DNA of 64,000 nt, from the NCBI RefSeq assembly GCF_963921235.1, contig NC_086097.1, forward strand, positions 139,006,001 through 139,070,000. The letters are read 5' to 3'. Below the pieces are notes generated by a model. The model was given only the letters and a program-made list of their open reading frames with translations. It made no database searches and was not told the origin of the DNA. A program made the position numbers and the translations under genes. Of this stretch, positions 52,264 through 64,000 are shown one piece after another (position 1 is the first letter of the stretch; each line of letters begins with the position of its first letter). Source of the DNA: Mobula hypostoma. Taxonomy: Eukaryota.

Positions 52264-53636
52264 CAGACATCCCGCCCTGCAAAAACTCATTTCAGGGAGG
52301 TCTCAACCTCATAGCAGTCTGTGTCAATGAATTCGTTAATTTTGCAAGACATCAAATTCACAAGTGTTTTATGAGACAGCTGACTTCTGAATTCTGTCTT
52401 AATGTGCACGTTCACAATAGCTGCTGTCTTGGTTGATGAGCAGGCATAGTGTTTTGCTATTTCTGAATCAGAAAACATTTTCCTGAACAGCTTGCCTGTG
52501 TGCTTACACACTTGGAATGGCAGGTTATGCTCAACGATTAAAGATATAAAGTACACCTCGGCTCTAGTGACCTTCTCTGTCAGACTTCGGTTTTCTGCTG
52601 AAAAGAACTGTGAAATACTTGAGCAGCCTTCCCTGCGCTTAGCCTCCCTAAAAGAAATAAAAGCATAAGGTGTATCCTTATTACAGGTGTGTGCCGCTTA
52701 ACGGCCATTCAGACAACATCCGATCGCGTATACGTCCGTAGTGTGTCTCTCTCACACCCACCCACACCCCCACCCACCCACCCTGCAATAGTCGGGATCA
52801 GAACTTACATTTTTATATCGAAATAGGGGATTTTAAATGAGTGATTTAGAAGTTCTGTATCTTCAAGTTCAAGTTTATTGTTATCGGGCTGATTGTCCAC
52901 AAACGAAACAACCTCTGTCCAGACCACAGTGTAGCCACAATACATATGTCATGCACACCACATAAAACAATATAGTACCATATTATTTAATAAAGTGTAA
53001 TTCAAAATGCATATAAAGTGTGCAGCGCAGGTAAACAGTTTGCTGTCCTAATGACGAGACCTCGGTGGGGGCCGGGTATTTATTAAAATCAGTTTTTCTT
53101 CTGAAAACGGCTGTGCTTAAACCCAGCCTTCAGGAAAAAAAACCCCTGAAGAATTTGCTTGCTGCGAGCACATTTTTAAAGATGTCTTAGCAGACGACTT
53201 TGGAATTTTGCTCCAATTTAAACCCCGCTCTAATCCCCTTTAAGATGCCAACGCAGCCCGCCTGTATAGGACAGCCTCGCGTAGTCAGGTTGTCATCGCC
53301 AGCCTTGGGAATTTCTCTGCCAGGCTTTTGTACTTCATCACCAACAGTTGTCCGGATCATTTCAGCGTCATTACAGATGGCAGTAACTGAATTGATGGAA
53401 TATGGAAGAGAGAGAGAGGTCGACTGTAAAGCCTACTCATAAAGAAAACTAATAGGTCTACTTAGCACAAAGAGGGATCAAGCAGGATTCATTCATTTTC
53501 TTTCTTTCTTTTTTTCCCCCCTCTCCCTCTCTAAAAAAATGGATTTCCGGGATATTGTATATAATTTGCGGGCATCAGGGAGCCGCTATCGATATGCGGG
53601 AGACTCCTGGAACTCCCGGGAGAGGTGGGATGTCTG
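52264..53636 (-). mobile_element. Internally deleted hAT DNA transposon
   Basis: TIRs CAGACATCCC / GGGATGTCTG; degenerate 8-bp TSD ACCTTACG / AACTTACA; transposase fragment KVTRAEVYFISLIVEHNLPF...KMFSDSEIAKHYACSSTKT; splits a DeuSINE-like copy. Confidence 0.82.
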
Positions 53637-53998
53637 AACTTACACAAGACAGTGGCTGCATTTGTGATCCAAAAGGCTTCAGTTCAGATATTGCTCTCTG
53701 GATATTCCTCTTGATGGAGCAGGACTCCGTTAGCATGCCCAGTGTACCAACCAGGAGTGGCATGCAAACCCCCAACCTTGATTCAAAGGCACCAAGTGCA
53801 AATATCTAAGTAGAGATGACTGGTGTGAGACTTCTAGAAGGGGACGCAACAACACAGGAACACAGACAGCAGCACTAATCTACCTCAGGCAGGTCAAAAT
53901 GCAACAACTCTCTTTTCCTATATTAGCCTTTAATAGACATTAGTCAAATCTTCAAATCCATTAGAAGGCAACACTATGGTAAAAAACATTTTTATATA

Positions 53999-54443
53999 TA
54001 GTACTGTGCAAAAGTTTTAGGCAGGGTACCTAAGACTTTTGCACAGTACCATGGAGCAGACAGCCAGTTTGTAAATCTGGCGGGAGCAAAGGATGCTGGA
54101 AATGGGTGGTGCAGGTACAGACACACTCAGCCCTGAGACAACAGACAAGGTCATTTGATTCCAAATGATATGTTGATCATTACAGAATGTCTCTCTGGCG
54201 CTTTCCACTCCATTCCCTCTCCCTTCCCCTTTTCCCAACCATGATTGCTCTCTCTCTGCCCTCTTCCCACTCTCAGTCCACATTAGAGACCCATATCAGA
54301 ATCAGGTTCTTCATCACTCACATACATTGTGAATTTTTTTTGCGGTAGCTGTACAGTGCAATACATAAAATTACTAAAGTACTGTGCAAAAGTCTTAGGC
54401 ACCCTAGCTAAATATATGTACCCAAGACTTGTGTACAGTACTG
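53999..54443. mobile_element. Tc1-type MITE with palindromic mini-units at each end
   Basis: (C)AGTACTGTGCAAAAGT TIR occurs four times, as two short hairpins (53999-54049, 54377-54443); TA flanks. Confidence 0.78.
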
Positions 54444-56940
54444 TATATCTTGTGTTTGCTAAATAATTTGATAATTGATTTTGAAGATAATTACTGGTGC
54501 TGGTATACTCAGCTTGAAAACTAAACTCCTAATTTTACTTAATAGTTTTGAGGAGTGCTTTTAGAAGTATTATTATTCACCAACTATTTGGAGACATGTT
54601 AAATTAGCACAGACTAACTCCACCACTTGATTTAAACCAAACACTAAAATGCCAGAGACAATATTCAATGCTAAGACACAGTGCATACAACAGCAGAACT
54701 TAACAGATATTCCTCCTTGGTTTGGGCAAAATTACCACTGGAATTAGAAAGATAATTTAATTTAGACCCAAAAATGTTCATCAAGTAGCAATACAAGCTA
54801 AATGCATGAACTTCATTAAATTCGACCTTAAAACATGACGATTTCCAAACAGTTCAAATTAAAATATATAGTCATTTATACTCATATCACAAGATTACAG
54901 TTCTACTTAGGCAACTGATTTGTGACCAACAAGCCATGAATATTCAAACTATTTTAATTCATGAGAATTAAGTTTCAGCTATTGCAATATTTGATATCAC
55001 ACATGTCCAAAGGCACTTCAATGAAATAGAATTATGTTAATAAACCAGAAAGGAATTCATTTGAACAACCAAAACATTGCATTGTATCAATGAATAAATA
55101 TTCTATTCTGCATATTCTATGATCAGTTTTCCCTCTGCAAGACAGGGCATCAATAGTTTTCCTGCACTGCTTCTATTGTACAATCTTAATATGTTTGATA
55201 AAATCATTTTTGAATCTCTGTAGGGTGATATTTCAGTGAAATGCGGCTTCTCTACACTCCATCACATGAACCTTCATAACTGGCAGCAAAAATGATTAGC
55301 TTTCATATGACATAATGCTTCTGCATGCAGATATCGATTAGCTTCAGGACTGCTCTATTCCAGGTCAATCTCAACAAGTTGATAAATAATTTCATTTGAT
55401 ATCTCAAAGTAAAAATGAACAGAATAAGGTTTACAGTTTTCAATCTTTTTTATTTTCAGTGCTTTGGCATTCTCCAGTTATGTAAAACTCAGCATCTCAC
55501 CAGCGTGCTCTGCTAGACGAAGGTTCACCCCATCAGGAGAGGACACTATACTATCTAAACACACAGCCGAAGATGCCACTCAATGTGCTGGGACTGGCAT
55601 TAAATTGACATAACTTTGTCAGAATATATTTTTCTGATAAATTTCATTAGCAAAACATTTCTAAAACACTCCAGGCTATATAAGATTTTCAAGTGCAATA
55701 CTGGTCATCACAAATTATCTGATTCTACAGCCAACGGTTCTCAATAACATTGGCTTTCCTTAAAAAAGATTCCCTTGGTTTTCAAGTTACAGTGATGTTT
55801 TCCAATGAAAAATTAACGAAGCTTGCAGCTCTTCTGGCTACAGGTACAATGTTTATTTCAAAACAGTTAAATAAGTCCCTTGTGTATCTTGTGGCTCAGG
55901 TTCAGCAAGAAGAAACAATCAAGCTCCTTGCATAGATGATCGTTCCAAAGTTCTGAAACAACCTCAAAGCAAAGATGAATGAGGAAATCACTTGCTGGTT
56001 TGCTACTAATCTGGAAGCACTGTGTCATGACAAACTGCCTCTGGTGGGTTGTGCTAGGAGTCCCCCACTCTCCCAGACTGGAAATAAAGAAACAATAGAC
56101 AAGGACCTGTTGGAGTATGTGGACCTGTTTAGATACAATACCAAAGCAGTAGCGCGTGTTCTTTTTAAAAGTTAATCAAATTTTAGTACATTAGAGTTTT
56201 CAGGAACCAAATTGTCACCTTTTCTGTTACAAACCCCTACAGTTCAATTACTGGTGTAAAAGGAGGTAGGATTAAATCAGTCACATTGACCATGGTGATA
56301 TAACTGCTTGATTTGCAATTCAGAAATAAACAACCTCAGAATATTTGGATGTTTTACCAGAATAACAGTTAAAAACTCCTGTAAAAATCAAAACACAGCT
56401 AATAATTCCAGTTTAGAACTCCAGCTCCAGCTGGTGATGTGCAAATATACTTTGATTACCAGCAACGATCACACTTCAGATGTTATCTATTACTTGTTAT
56501 CTGGTGCTTTGACCCAAGTAATGAGACAAGTGTTCCACTGCTACTTTTTCTTTCAAAAGACCCCATGATCAGCCTCTGGGTCTCCTCGTACATAGTAATT
56601 TAGTGGCCTGAGTGGACCACTCTCCCTGTTCAATAATATCTGGTCTCCACTCCTGCAAGGCATTACTCACAAACTCATTTACAGGTCCCCTGCTGTCATA
56701 AAGTGGAGATGTCATTCCACAATGTTCCTTTGTATGTTACAGCTGCAGTCCAAGGAGTGTTAATGAGTCTATTTAAAGTGCTAATGTGTGCTGGGACTTG
56801 CATCAAATAAAAAGATATCAGGAAATTCTATTATATAAAGCAGAAAAGGATGGCTGAAGTGAATATAGGTTCTTTGGAAGATGAGAAGGGAAACTAATTT
56901 TGGGTAATGTGGAAATGGCAGACTTCGAACAACTATTTTA

Positions 56941-58900
56941 GAATCATAGAGTACTACATTACAGAAACAGGTGCTTTGGCCCATCAGGTTCATGCTGGCC
57001 TGGTCTTCAGTCTAGTCCCATCTGCCTGCATTTAGATCATAGCCCTCTGTACACTTCACATCCATGTACCTACCAAAACCTCTCTTAAATATGTGACGTC
57101 CAAGTTATCAGACGATTGATGCTAATGAGAGAGATAAGGGAGACAATGGAGAAACATTCAAAATGTTAATGAGAGAGGAGAGAGAGTTTAACGGAAAAGA
57201 AACACAATTCAGGATATTGACAGACTGGTTGCTTTGAACCTGAACTGTTTGAAGTTTGATGGACAGGCGATACCCCAGCAGGGGGATAAAAAGAACAGAT
57301 TCACTAAGGCACGGGACAAACCACGAGATCATGAGATAACGAGACGCTGGAAGAGCGGTGCGCCCCCACAAGTTGGTGAGAGTTTGGAGGTCCGGTTCGC
57401 GGAAACCGACCATAGACTCACAGGGTGTAAAGGTACGATCGGTGGGAACCTGGTGTGTGTGTCCGCCCTTGCATGGGTGTCGGGTTCACTGCGGAAGAAC
57501 GGTCGTATCCGGAACGGAGGGTTCACAGTCGGTGACCACAGCGGGATAGAAGACATCAAAGGGTCTGCCCGAAACCAACTGCGAAGACATCCAAAAGGTC
57601 TGCCTGAAACCAAATTGCATCTCTTTCTCTCTCTCTCTCCAACGGCACAACTGCGATTACTGCGAACTGTACTAAGCTGAACTGAACTCTGCGTCACTTA
57701 AGACTGATCATTTTACCCCTAGACTGCGATAGAGCTTGGTTTCATTCCTATTACCCTAGTTCTGTGTACATGCGTGTATATCATTGCTAATCCGTTGCAA
57801 TTATATCCTTGCGATTAGAGTACTGTGTTACTTATTTCTTTAATAAAATGTTATTAGTACCTAGTAATCCAGACTCCAACAAGTGGTCCATTTCTGCTGG
57901 TTTGGCAACCCAGTTACGGGGTACGTAACAAATATTACAACTGAACTCGCATCTAAGCACTTTTGCTGGCAGTTTGTTTCACACTTGCACCATCCTCTGA
58001 ATAAAGAAGTTCTGCCTCAGGTTCCCCTTAAATATTTCACCTTCACCTTAAACCTATGACCTCTTGTTCTAACCTCACCAATCTTAAGGGAAAAAGCCTG
58101 CATGCATTCCATAAGATATAGAAGAATTAGGCCATTTGGCCCATCTAGTCTGCTCCACCATTTCATCATGGCTAATTCAATTTTCCTCTCAGCCCCATTG
58201 CCTGCCTTCTCCCCGTATCCCTTCTTGCCCTGACCAATTAAGAATCTATCAACCCTACTCACCCAATCTATACTCCTCATAATTTTGTATACCTCTATAA
58301 GATCTCCCCTCATTCATTTCAAGAGGACTAGAACATGAAAGCAAGGATGTAACATTGAGAATTTATAAAGTACCGGCGAGGCCTCACTTGGACTATTGTG
58401 AGCAGTTTTGGGCTCCTTATCATAGAAAGGATGTGCTGAAACTGGAGAGGATTCAAAGGAGGTCCACAAAAATGATTCCAGGATTGAATGGCTTGTCATA
58501 TGAAGAGCGTGCGCTGGCTCTGGGCCTGTATTCACTGGAATTCAGAAGAATGGGGGGTGACCTAATTGAAACTTTTCGAATGCTGAAAGGCCTTGATAGA
58601 GTGGATATGGAGAGGATGTTTTCAATGGTGGGAATGCCTAAGATCAGTGGACACAGCGTCAGAGTAGAGGGGCATCCTTTTAGAATGGAGATGAGGAGGA
58701 ATTGTTTTAACAAGAGGATAGTGAATCTGGGAAATTCATTCCCACAGGCAGCTATGGAGGCCAAGCCTTTATGTATATTTATGACAGAGGTTAATAGGTT
58801 CTTGACTGGTCATGGCATGAAGGGTTAGGGGGGCGGGGTGGGATGGAGAGGCAGGAGACTGGGGCTGAGAGGGAAATTGAATTAGCCATGACAAAATGGA
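56941..58900. mobile_element. Cluster of CR1 3' fragments (56941-58310 minus, split by the solo LTR; 58315-58900 plus)
   Basis: MRGDLIEVYKIM and RPHLDYCEQFW...RMGGDLIETF ORFs. Confidence 0.8.
57092..57930 (+). mobile_element. Solo LTR (probably Gypsy), 839 bp
   Basis: TGTGACGT...ACGTAACA termini; 4-bp TSD AATA (57088-57091 / 57931-57934); AATAAA at ~57842; interrupts a CR1 3' fragment. Confidence 0.85.
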
Positions 58901-58998
58901 GGAAACACGAGGAAATCTGCAGATGCTGGAAATTCAAGCAACACACACACAAAATGCTGGTGGAACGCAGCAGGCCAGGCAGCATCTATAGGAAGTAC

Positions 58999-59034
58999 AG
59001 TCGACGTTTCGGGCCAAGACCCTTCGTCAGGACT
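58999..59034 (-). ncRNA. Minimal type I hammerhead ribozyme motif (Penelope-associated)
   Basis: Minus strand AGTC-CTGACGA-AGGGTCTTGGCCC-GAAA-C-GTC^GACT: intact core CUGANGA/GAAA, stem I AGUC/GACU, stem II GGG/CCC, palindromic ACGU stem III. Confidence 0.8.
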
Positions 59035-59979
59035 AACTGAAAGAAGAGATAGTAAGAGATTTGAAAGTGGGAGGGGGGGTGGAGATCCGAAATGATAGGA
59101 GAAGACGGGGGGGGGGGTGGAGCTAAGAGCTGGAAAGTTGATTGGCAAAAGAGATACAAGGCTGGAGACGGGAGAGGATCATGGGACGGGAGGCCTAGGG
59201 AGAAAGAAAAGGCGGGGGGAGCCCAGAAGAAGATGGAGAGCGGGCAAGGAGTTATAGTGAGAGAGACAGAGAGAGAAGAAAAAGGGAGGGGGGAGTAATT
59301 AATAAATAAATAAGGGATGGGGTAAGAAGGGGAGGAGGGGCATTAACAGAAGTTAGAGAAATCACTGTTCATGCCATCAGTTTGGAGGCTACCCAGATGG
59401 AATATAAAGTGTTGTTCCTCCAACCTGAGTGTGGCTTCATCTTGACAGTAGAGGCGGCCGTCGATTGACATATCAGAATGGGAATGGGACGTGGAATTAA
59501 AATGTGTAGCCACTGGGAGATCCTGCTTTCTCTGGCGGACAGAGCGTAGATGTTCAGCAAAACGGTCTCCCAGTCTGCGTTGGGTCTCACCAATATATAG
59601 AAGGCCGCATTGGGAGCACTGGATGCAGTATATCACCCCTGCCGACTCACAGGTGAAGTGTCACCTCAGCTGGAAGGGCCCTCCTCCCCTTCTTACCCCA
59701 TCCCTTATTTATTTATTTATTCCCCCCCCCTTATTTCCTCTCACTTTTTTTCTCTCTCTGTCCCTCTCACAATCACTCCTCGCCTACTGTCCATCTTCCT
59801 CTTGCTCTCCCCTACCCCTTTCTTTCTCCCTAGGCCTCCTGTCCCCTTCTCCAGCTCTGTATCCCTTTTGCCAATCAACTTCCCAGCTCTTAGCTCCATC
59901 CCTCCCCCTCCTGTCTTCTCCTATCATTTCGGGTCTCCCCCTCCCACTTTCAAATCTCTTACTATCTCTTCTTTCAGTT

Positions 59980-60015
59980 AGTCCTGACGAAGGGTCTGGA
60001 CCCGAAACGTCGACT
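59980..60015 (+). ncRNA. Minimal type I hammerhead ribozyme motif (Penelope-associated)
   Basis: AGTC-CTGACGA-AGGGTCTGGACCC-GAAA-C-GTC^GACT; predicted cleavage after C60011. Confidence 0.8.
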
Positions 60016-60259
60016 GTACTTCTTCCTATAGATGCTGCCTGGCCTGCTGCGTTCCACCAGCATTTTGTATGAAATGGAGGAGCTAAAAGGTCCAATTTGC
60101 TCCTATAACTTATGGTCTTAAATATTCCTTTGGATTCATCAGTTGCGTGGAGAGGGGGAGCCTGCTGGATGGGCAACAACTTGTTCTCCATATCGTACTG
60201 CCCTGGCTTGCATGTTGACTTCAACATCTATGGTCGACCTTGATCACCAAGGCCATCAG

Positions 60260-61300
60260 AAAGCAGAGAATTAGGAAAAGTCAGTGTTTCTCTGGCTGGC
60301 AATCAGTGGTGAGCGTAGTGCCACAGGCTCAATGCTAATCCCTCTACTGTTCACAATACACATTCATGATTTGGAAAAGGGATCCAAATGTCACGTATCC
60401 AGGTTTGCTAATGACTCTAAATTGAGTGGAAAAGCAAATTGTGGACAGGATGCTGATAATCTGCAGGGAGAGTCAGATAGGTTAAGTGAATGGGCAAGGG
60501 TCCGGCAGATGGAGTACAAAGTTAGCACATGTGAGTTCATTCATTTTGGAAGGAAAAAAAAGAGAAAAATCAGGTAATTATTTAAATAGTGCAGAGGCAC
60601 TTGGGTGCACTGATGCATGAATCACAAGAAGTTGGCTGGCATGTATAACAGGCTATCAAGAAGGCAAATGAAATGGCAGCCTTCATTGCAAGAGGGATTG
60701 AATTTAAGAGCAGGAAGATTATGCTGCAGCTATACAGTGTACTGGTGAGGCTACACCTGAAGCAGCATACAGTTCTGGTCACCTTATTTAAGAAATTATA
60801 TACTGGCTTTAGAGGCAGTGTAAAGGAGGCCCACCAGGCTAATTCCGGAGATGAGGGGGTTCGTCTATGAGAAGAGACTGAATCTCTTGTGATGATATGC
60901 GATAGAATTCAGAAGAATGAGAGGGGATCTTATAGAAGCAGACACAATTATGAAAACCGATAGATATGATCAAAGCTGGAAAGTTGTTTACACTGGTAGG
61001 TAAGAGTAGAACTAAGGTACATAGTCTTAAGATATTAGATCAAAGATCTTGCACAGAGATAAGGAAGAACTGATTTTCCCAGAAAGTAAAGAATCTGTAG
61101 ATTTCCCTATCTAAGGATGCAGTAATGGCTGCCTCTCTAAATATATATAAGACATAGTTAGGTTGATTTTTACATAGTAGGAGAAGTAAGTGTTATGGGG
61201 AAATGACAGGTTGGTGGAACTGAGACCACAATCAGCTGAATCACAATCTTACTGAACAGCACAGCAGACTCGATGGGCCAGATGGCCTTCAATTTCTTTT
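60260..61300 (+). mobile_element. Degraded CR1 RT fragment
   Basis: SRFANDSKL, IARGIEFKSRKIMLQLY, RMRGDLIE remnants. Confidence 0.8.
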
Positions 61301-62724
61301 GTGTTTGTCATTTTTTTAGACTAGCCAGGGAAGAGTATATGCTGTCCCTGCTAAAGAGCTTTGCCAGTGCCATCAAACCAACCATCTGCTCCAGGCTACG
61401 CAATGTAATTGGCCCAGAATGCTTCAAAGGGCAGCATGTACGGCTCTGAGTCAGCTGGCTGCACATGCAAGTGTGTTCCAAACATTAATGCAAAGATCTA
61501 TTCTAGGCTGATACTTCAAGGCCATAAGAACTACACCAGACTGTCAAAAGTGTTAACTTTAGGAGTTAGTCTCTGAGTGCCCTGCTCAATATTCACTCTA
61601 AACCCTCATCACTAAAACAGATTGTTGGGCTGTTTGTGGGAGTTTCCTCCGTGCAAATTATTTGTCATGTTTCTGCAACAAAGACTGGACCTCTAAAGCA
61701 CTTATAGGTTATAGAGTACTTTGAAACTGACCGAAGTTAATGAATTAGTAAAGTCCTGGCAATTCAACACTGACATATGTGAAAATATGCAACACAGGCT
61801 AGGCTTCCGGCCAAGAATCAGAAAGGTTTGTTGCTGGAAAATTATCTGGCAATTGCTAAAGGTAGTAATAGGATTCAGAACAAGAGAAAAATGGTCAAAC
61901 TTAGCTACAAAGTGACTGAAAGAATACTTGAGATAACCTCACTAGAACATAGTGAACAAAGAATATTCATCTGGACTACAACTCAAAGACTGAAAATCTG
62001 CAATATCAGTGCAGCAGAATTGATCGATAAAATCAAGAATAGCCCAGGTATAAAGGGACGAGTTATAGAAAGGATTAGAGAAGGCCAAGCTTCAGAGTAA
62101 GGGAGGATATCAAAATATATCAAATGTTAATCAGTATTCTCAGATAATTTCTTCAGAGCTAAGGAAATAGGAACAGAAGATGTCGCAATTGGCGAGGAAG
62201 AAATGGTTAATGTTTACCAAATAATGGTAAATGTTTGGCAAAATCTGTGAGGCAGGGTAACACTGGTAGAAACAGAGAAACTGCTTAGGATACAGATGAA
62301 TTTTTTTAAACCACTTTGTATGAGCTTATTCTAAACAAACTTACCAACAATATTCCATCCTTCCATCCCTAGTGCTCATTCTGAAGTTGGGACTGCAGAA
62401 AGATCTAAAGATCAGCAGCAAATTTTTTCCAGAAAAGCTGAAAATAGCATTAGAACTGGGCCAGGTCTAAAAGTACTGCTTCAGTGTGGGAATTCTGAAT
62501 GCAATGGCTTCTGTGACACATTTCATTCTGGTATTTGATATACAACTCATGAATAATAATGTCATAGAGAAAACATATCTGTCATTCAATGCAGACCACT
62601 TTTTAAAATGCACGCGGCATTCAATGACTTTGTGAAAGATTTAGTAGTTCATGTGTAATGAAGCTGTTAAGGGCAGCAACAACTCCCAGTTCCACCATTT
62701 ATAAAACAGGTAGGTGTCTCTTAC

Positions 62725-62850
62725 CACATGTGTTGCTTTCAGGGTGTTGCTATCAAATCGTGTTAAACTGGAGGTATCCTCGGGGAAGCGGTCACATTCT
62801 TCCAGCTCCTGAGCATTGCAGGGTTGCTTGCCTCTTTCAGGATCTGCATT
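62725..62850 (-). CDS. NUDCD1: NUDCD1 antepenultimate coding exon (126 nt)
   Basis: gattgacag|AAT...GTG|gtaaga; encodes [42 protein letters not shown], with the conserved [10 protein letters not shown] motif; phase 0/0, joins in frame to VNLSSHQ. Upstream exons lie beyond the right edge of the window. Confidence 0.95.
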
Positions 62851-63094
62851 CTGTCAATCAATTATACACAAGAACATAATATCAAGGCTCCAGAGTCTGC
62901 AGATATATACTGCCATGCTCTTAACACCTTACTCTTCTACAGATGGTGCTGACTATTGTTGGGTAATGCCAAGTAGTGAGTTTTAATGGGCAATCAGTCA
63001 CTGATGCATCACCACTCTATCACACTGTCAAAGCACCACATACACAGTTTATAGCAGTTGCATCTTCCTGCATATAGCATGTTGAGCCATTTTA

Positions 63095-64000
63095 CATAGA
63101 TAGACATAGAATAGTACAGCACAGTACAGGTCCTTCGGCCCACAATGTTGCGCCGACCCTCAAACCCTGCCTCCCATATAAGCCCCCACCTTAGATTCTT
63201 CCATATACCTGTCTAATGATGGTTGTTTTTTGATTCACTCTAGAGTGGTGAAGGACTGCTTGCAAGTTCTCCCCCATTTAGATTTCAGTCAAAAGCAGGA
63301 TCTCCAGGTCTGTACGACTCAAAACCACCTCATGCAGTGAGCAATATTGAAGACGCAATGGAGTAGGATTCTAGTATGTATCCTTAAAACACCGTAAGCA
63401 TTAAATTTTTTGAAATATAATGACAAAGTTATTCCCACATTTTAACAAAGGCTGAATTAAAATCGGATTACAATGAATGACGCAGGGTGGATAAATCAGG
63501 AAATTGCATTTCCTGTTTATGTAAATAAGGACATAAGAAATGGTTGATCTTCAGACTCTGCTCTATTCATTAACCAACTTAACTCCCTTAAAAACCAGAA
63601 AGCTATCGACCTTTGCTTTGAACTTACACAATGACCGAACCTCTTTAGCTTCCTTGGGTAAAGAGTTCCAAAGATTCACCTCATTTTAGTCTAAATGGCC
63701 AATCCCTCATTTTGAGAATAACTCCGAGTTCTAGATCCCGAAGCCCCAGGAAATACTCTCTCTGCATCCGCCCGTTCAAGCTGGTAACAGTTTTGCAAGT
63801 TTCCATTAGATTACTTCTCCTTCATCTAAACTGTAGGCTGTAGACACCACACCCAGTCAATCTGTTCTCAAACAGTAAAACTTTCATCCCAGGTACCAGT
63901 CTGATGAACTTCTTCTCTAGAGAGTCTACGCTTTTTTCTTTAGGCAAGGAGATAAAAGCTATACATATTACTCCAAGGGCAGTCTTACAAGCACCATGGA
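63095..64000 (-). mobile_element. CR1 3' fragments (~63095-63215 and ~63530-64000)
   Basis: CR1-type 3' tails (CATAGA repeats, GTCCTTCGGCCC stem) and a decayed RT C-terminus. Confidence 0.65.

Larger units (their letters stand above)
58904..60071 (-). mobile_element. Penelope-like element: GIY-YIG endonuclease end plus 3' pseudo-LTR, with an inverted pseudo-LTR copy
   Basis: ORF 59343-59636 IYCIQCSQCGLLYIGETQRRLGDRFAEH...GMN (GIY-YIG). The arm at ~58949-59342 is repeated in inverted orientation at ~59678-60068. Flanking direct repeat AAATGGAGGA (58894-58903 / 60072-60081) lies within a CR1 3' end. Confidence 0.9.

Noticed and set aside
57234..57697. 148-aa and 122-aa ORFs
   Set aside because: They lie within a solo LTR and show no protein motif.
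59491..60227. Long low-complexity ORFs (193, 123 and 147 aa)
   Set aside because: They arise from purine/pyrimidine-biased Penelope pseudo-LTR sequence and the antisense strand of the GIY-YIG ORF.

Overview
This is vertebrate nuclear DNA. The repeat inventory (CR1, Rex1/Babar, Penelope, SacSINE1/DeuSINE-like) suggests a cartilaginous fish, probably a ray; this is an inference. The only host gene I can support is NUDCD1. Its last three coding exons lie on the minus strand (62725-62850, 24252-24408, 13673-13971), separated by introns of about 38.3 kb and 10.3 kb. Almost everything else that is recognisable is transposable-element derived. Highlights: (i) two independently inserted copies of a degraded class I (gamma/epsilon-like) endogenous retrovirus that share the same RT/RNase H deletion junction, one of them fully delimited (two LTRs, 4-bp TSD, tRNA-Gln PBS, PPT, env) and carrying a deep nest of younger elements; (ii) Penelope-like elements with minimal hammerhead ribozyme motifs and long inverted repeats; (iii) a pristine U6 snRNA retrocopy with TSD and a patterned A-tail; (iv) several DNA transposon derivatives with TIRs and TSDs, a solo LTR and two long LINE RT ORFs. 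I see no prokaryote-type system (CRISPR etc.). Most short ORFs in the track are spurious or TE fragments. Boundaries of old repeats are approximate.
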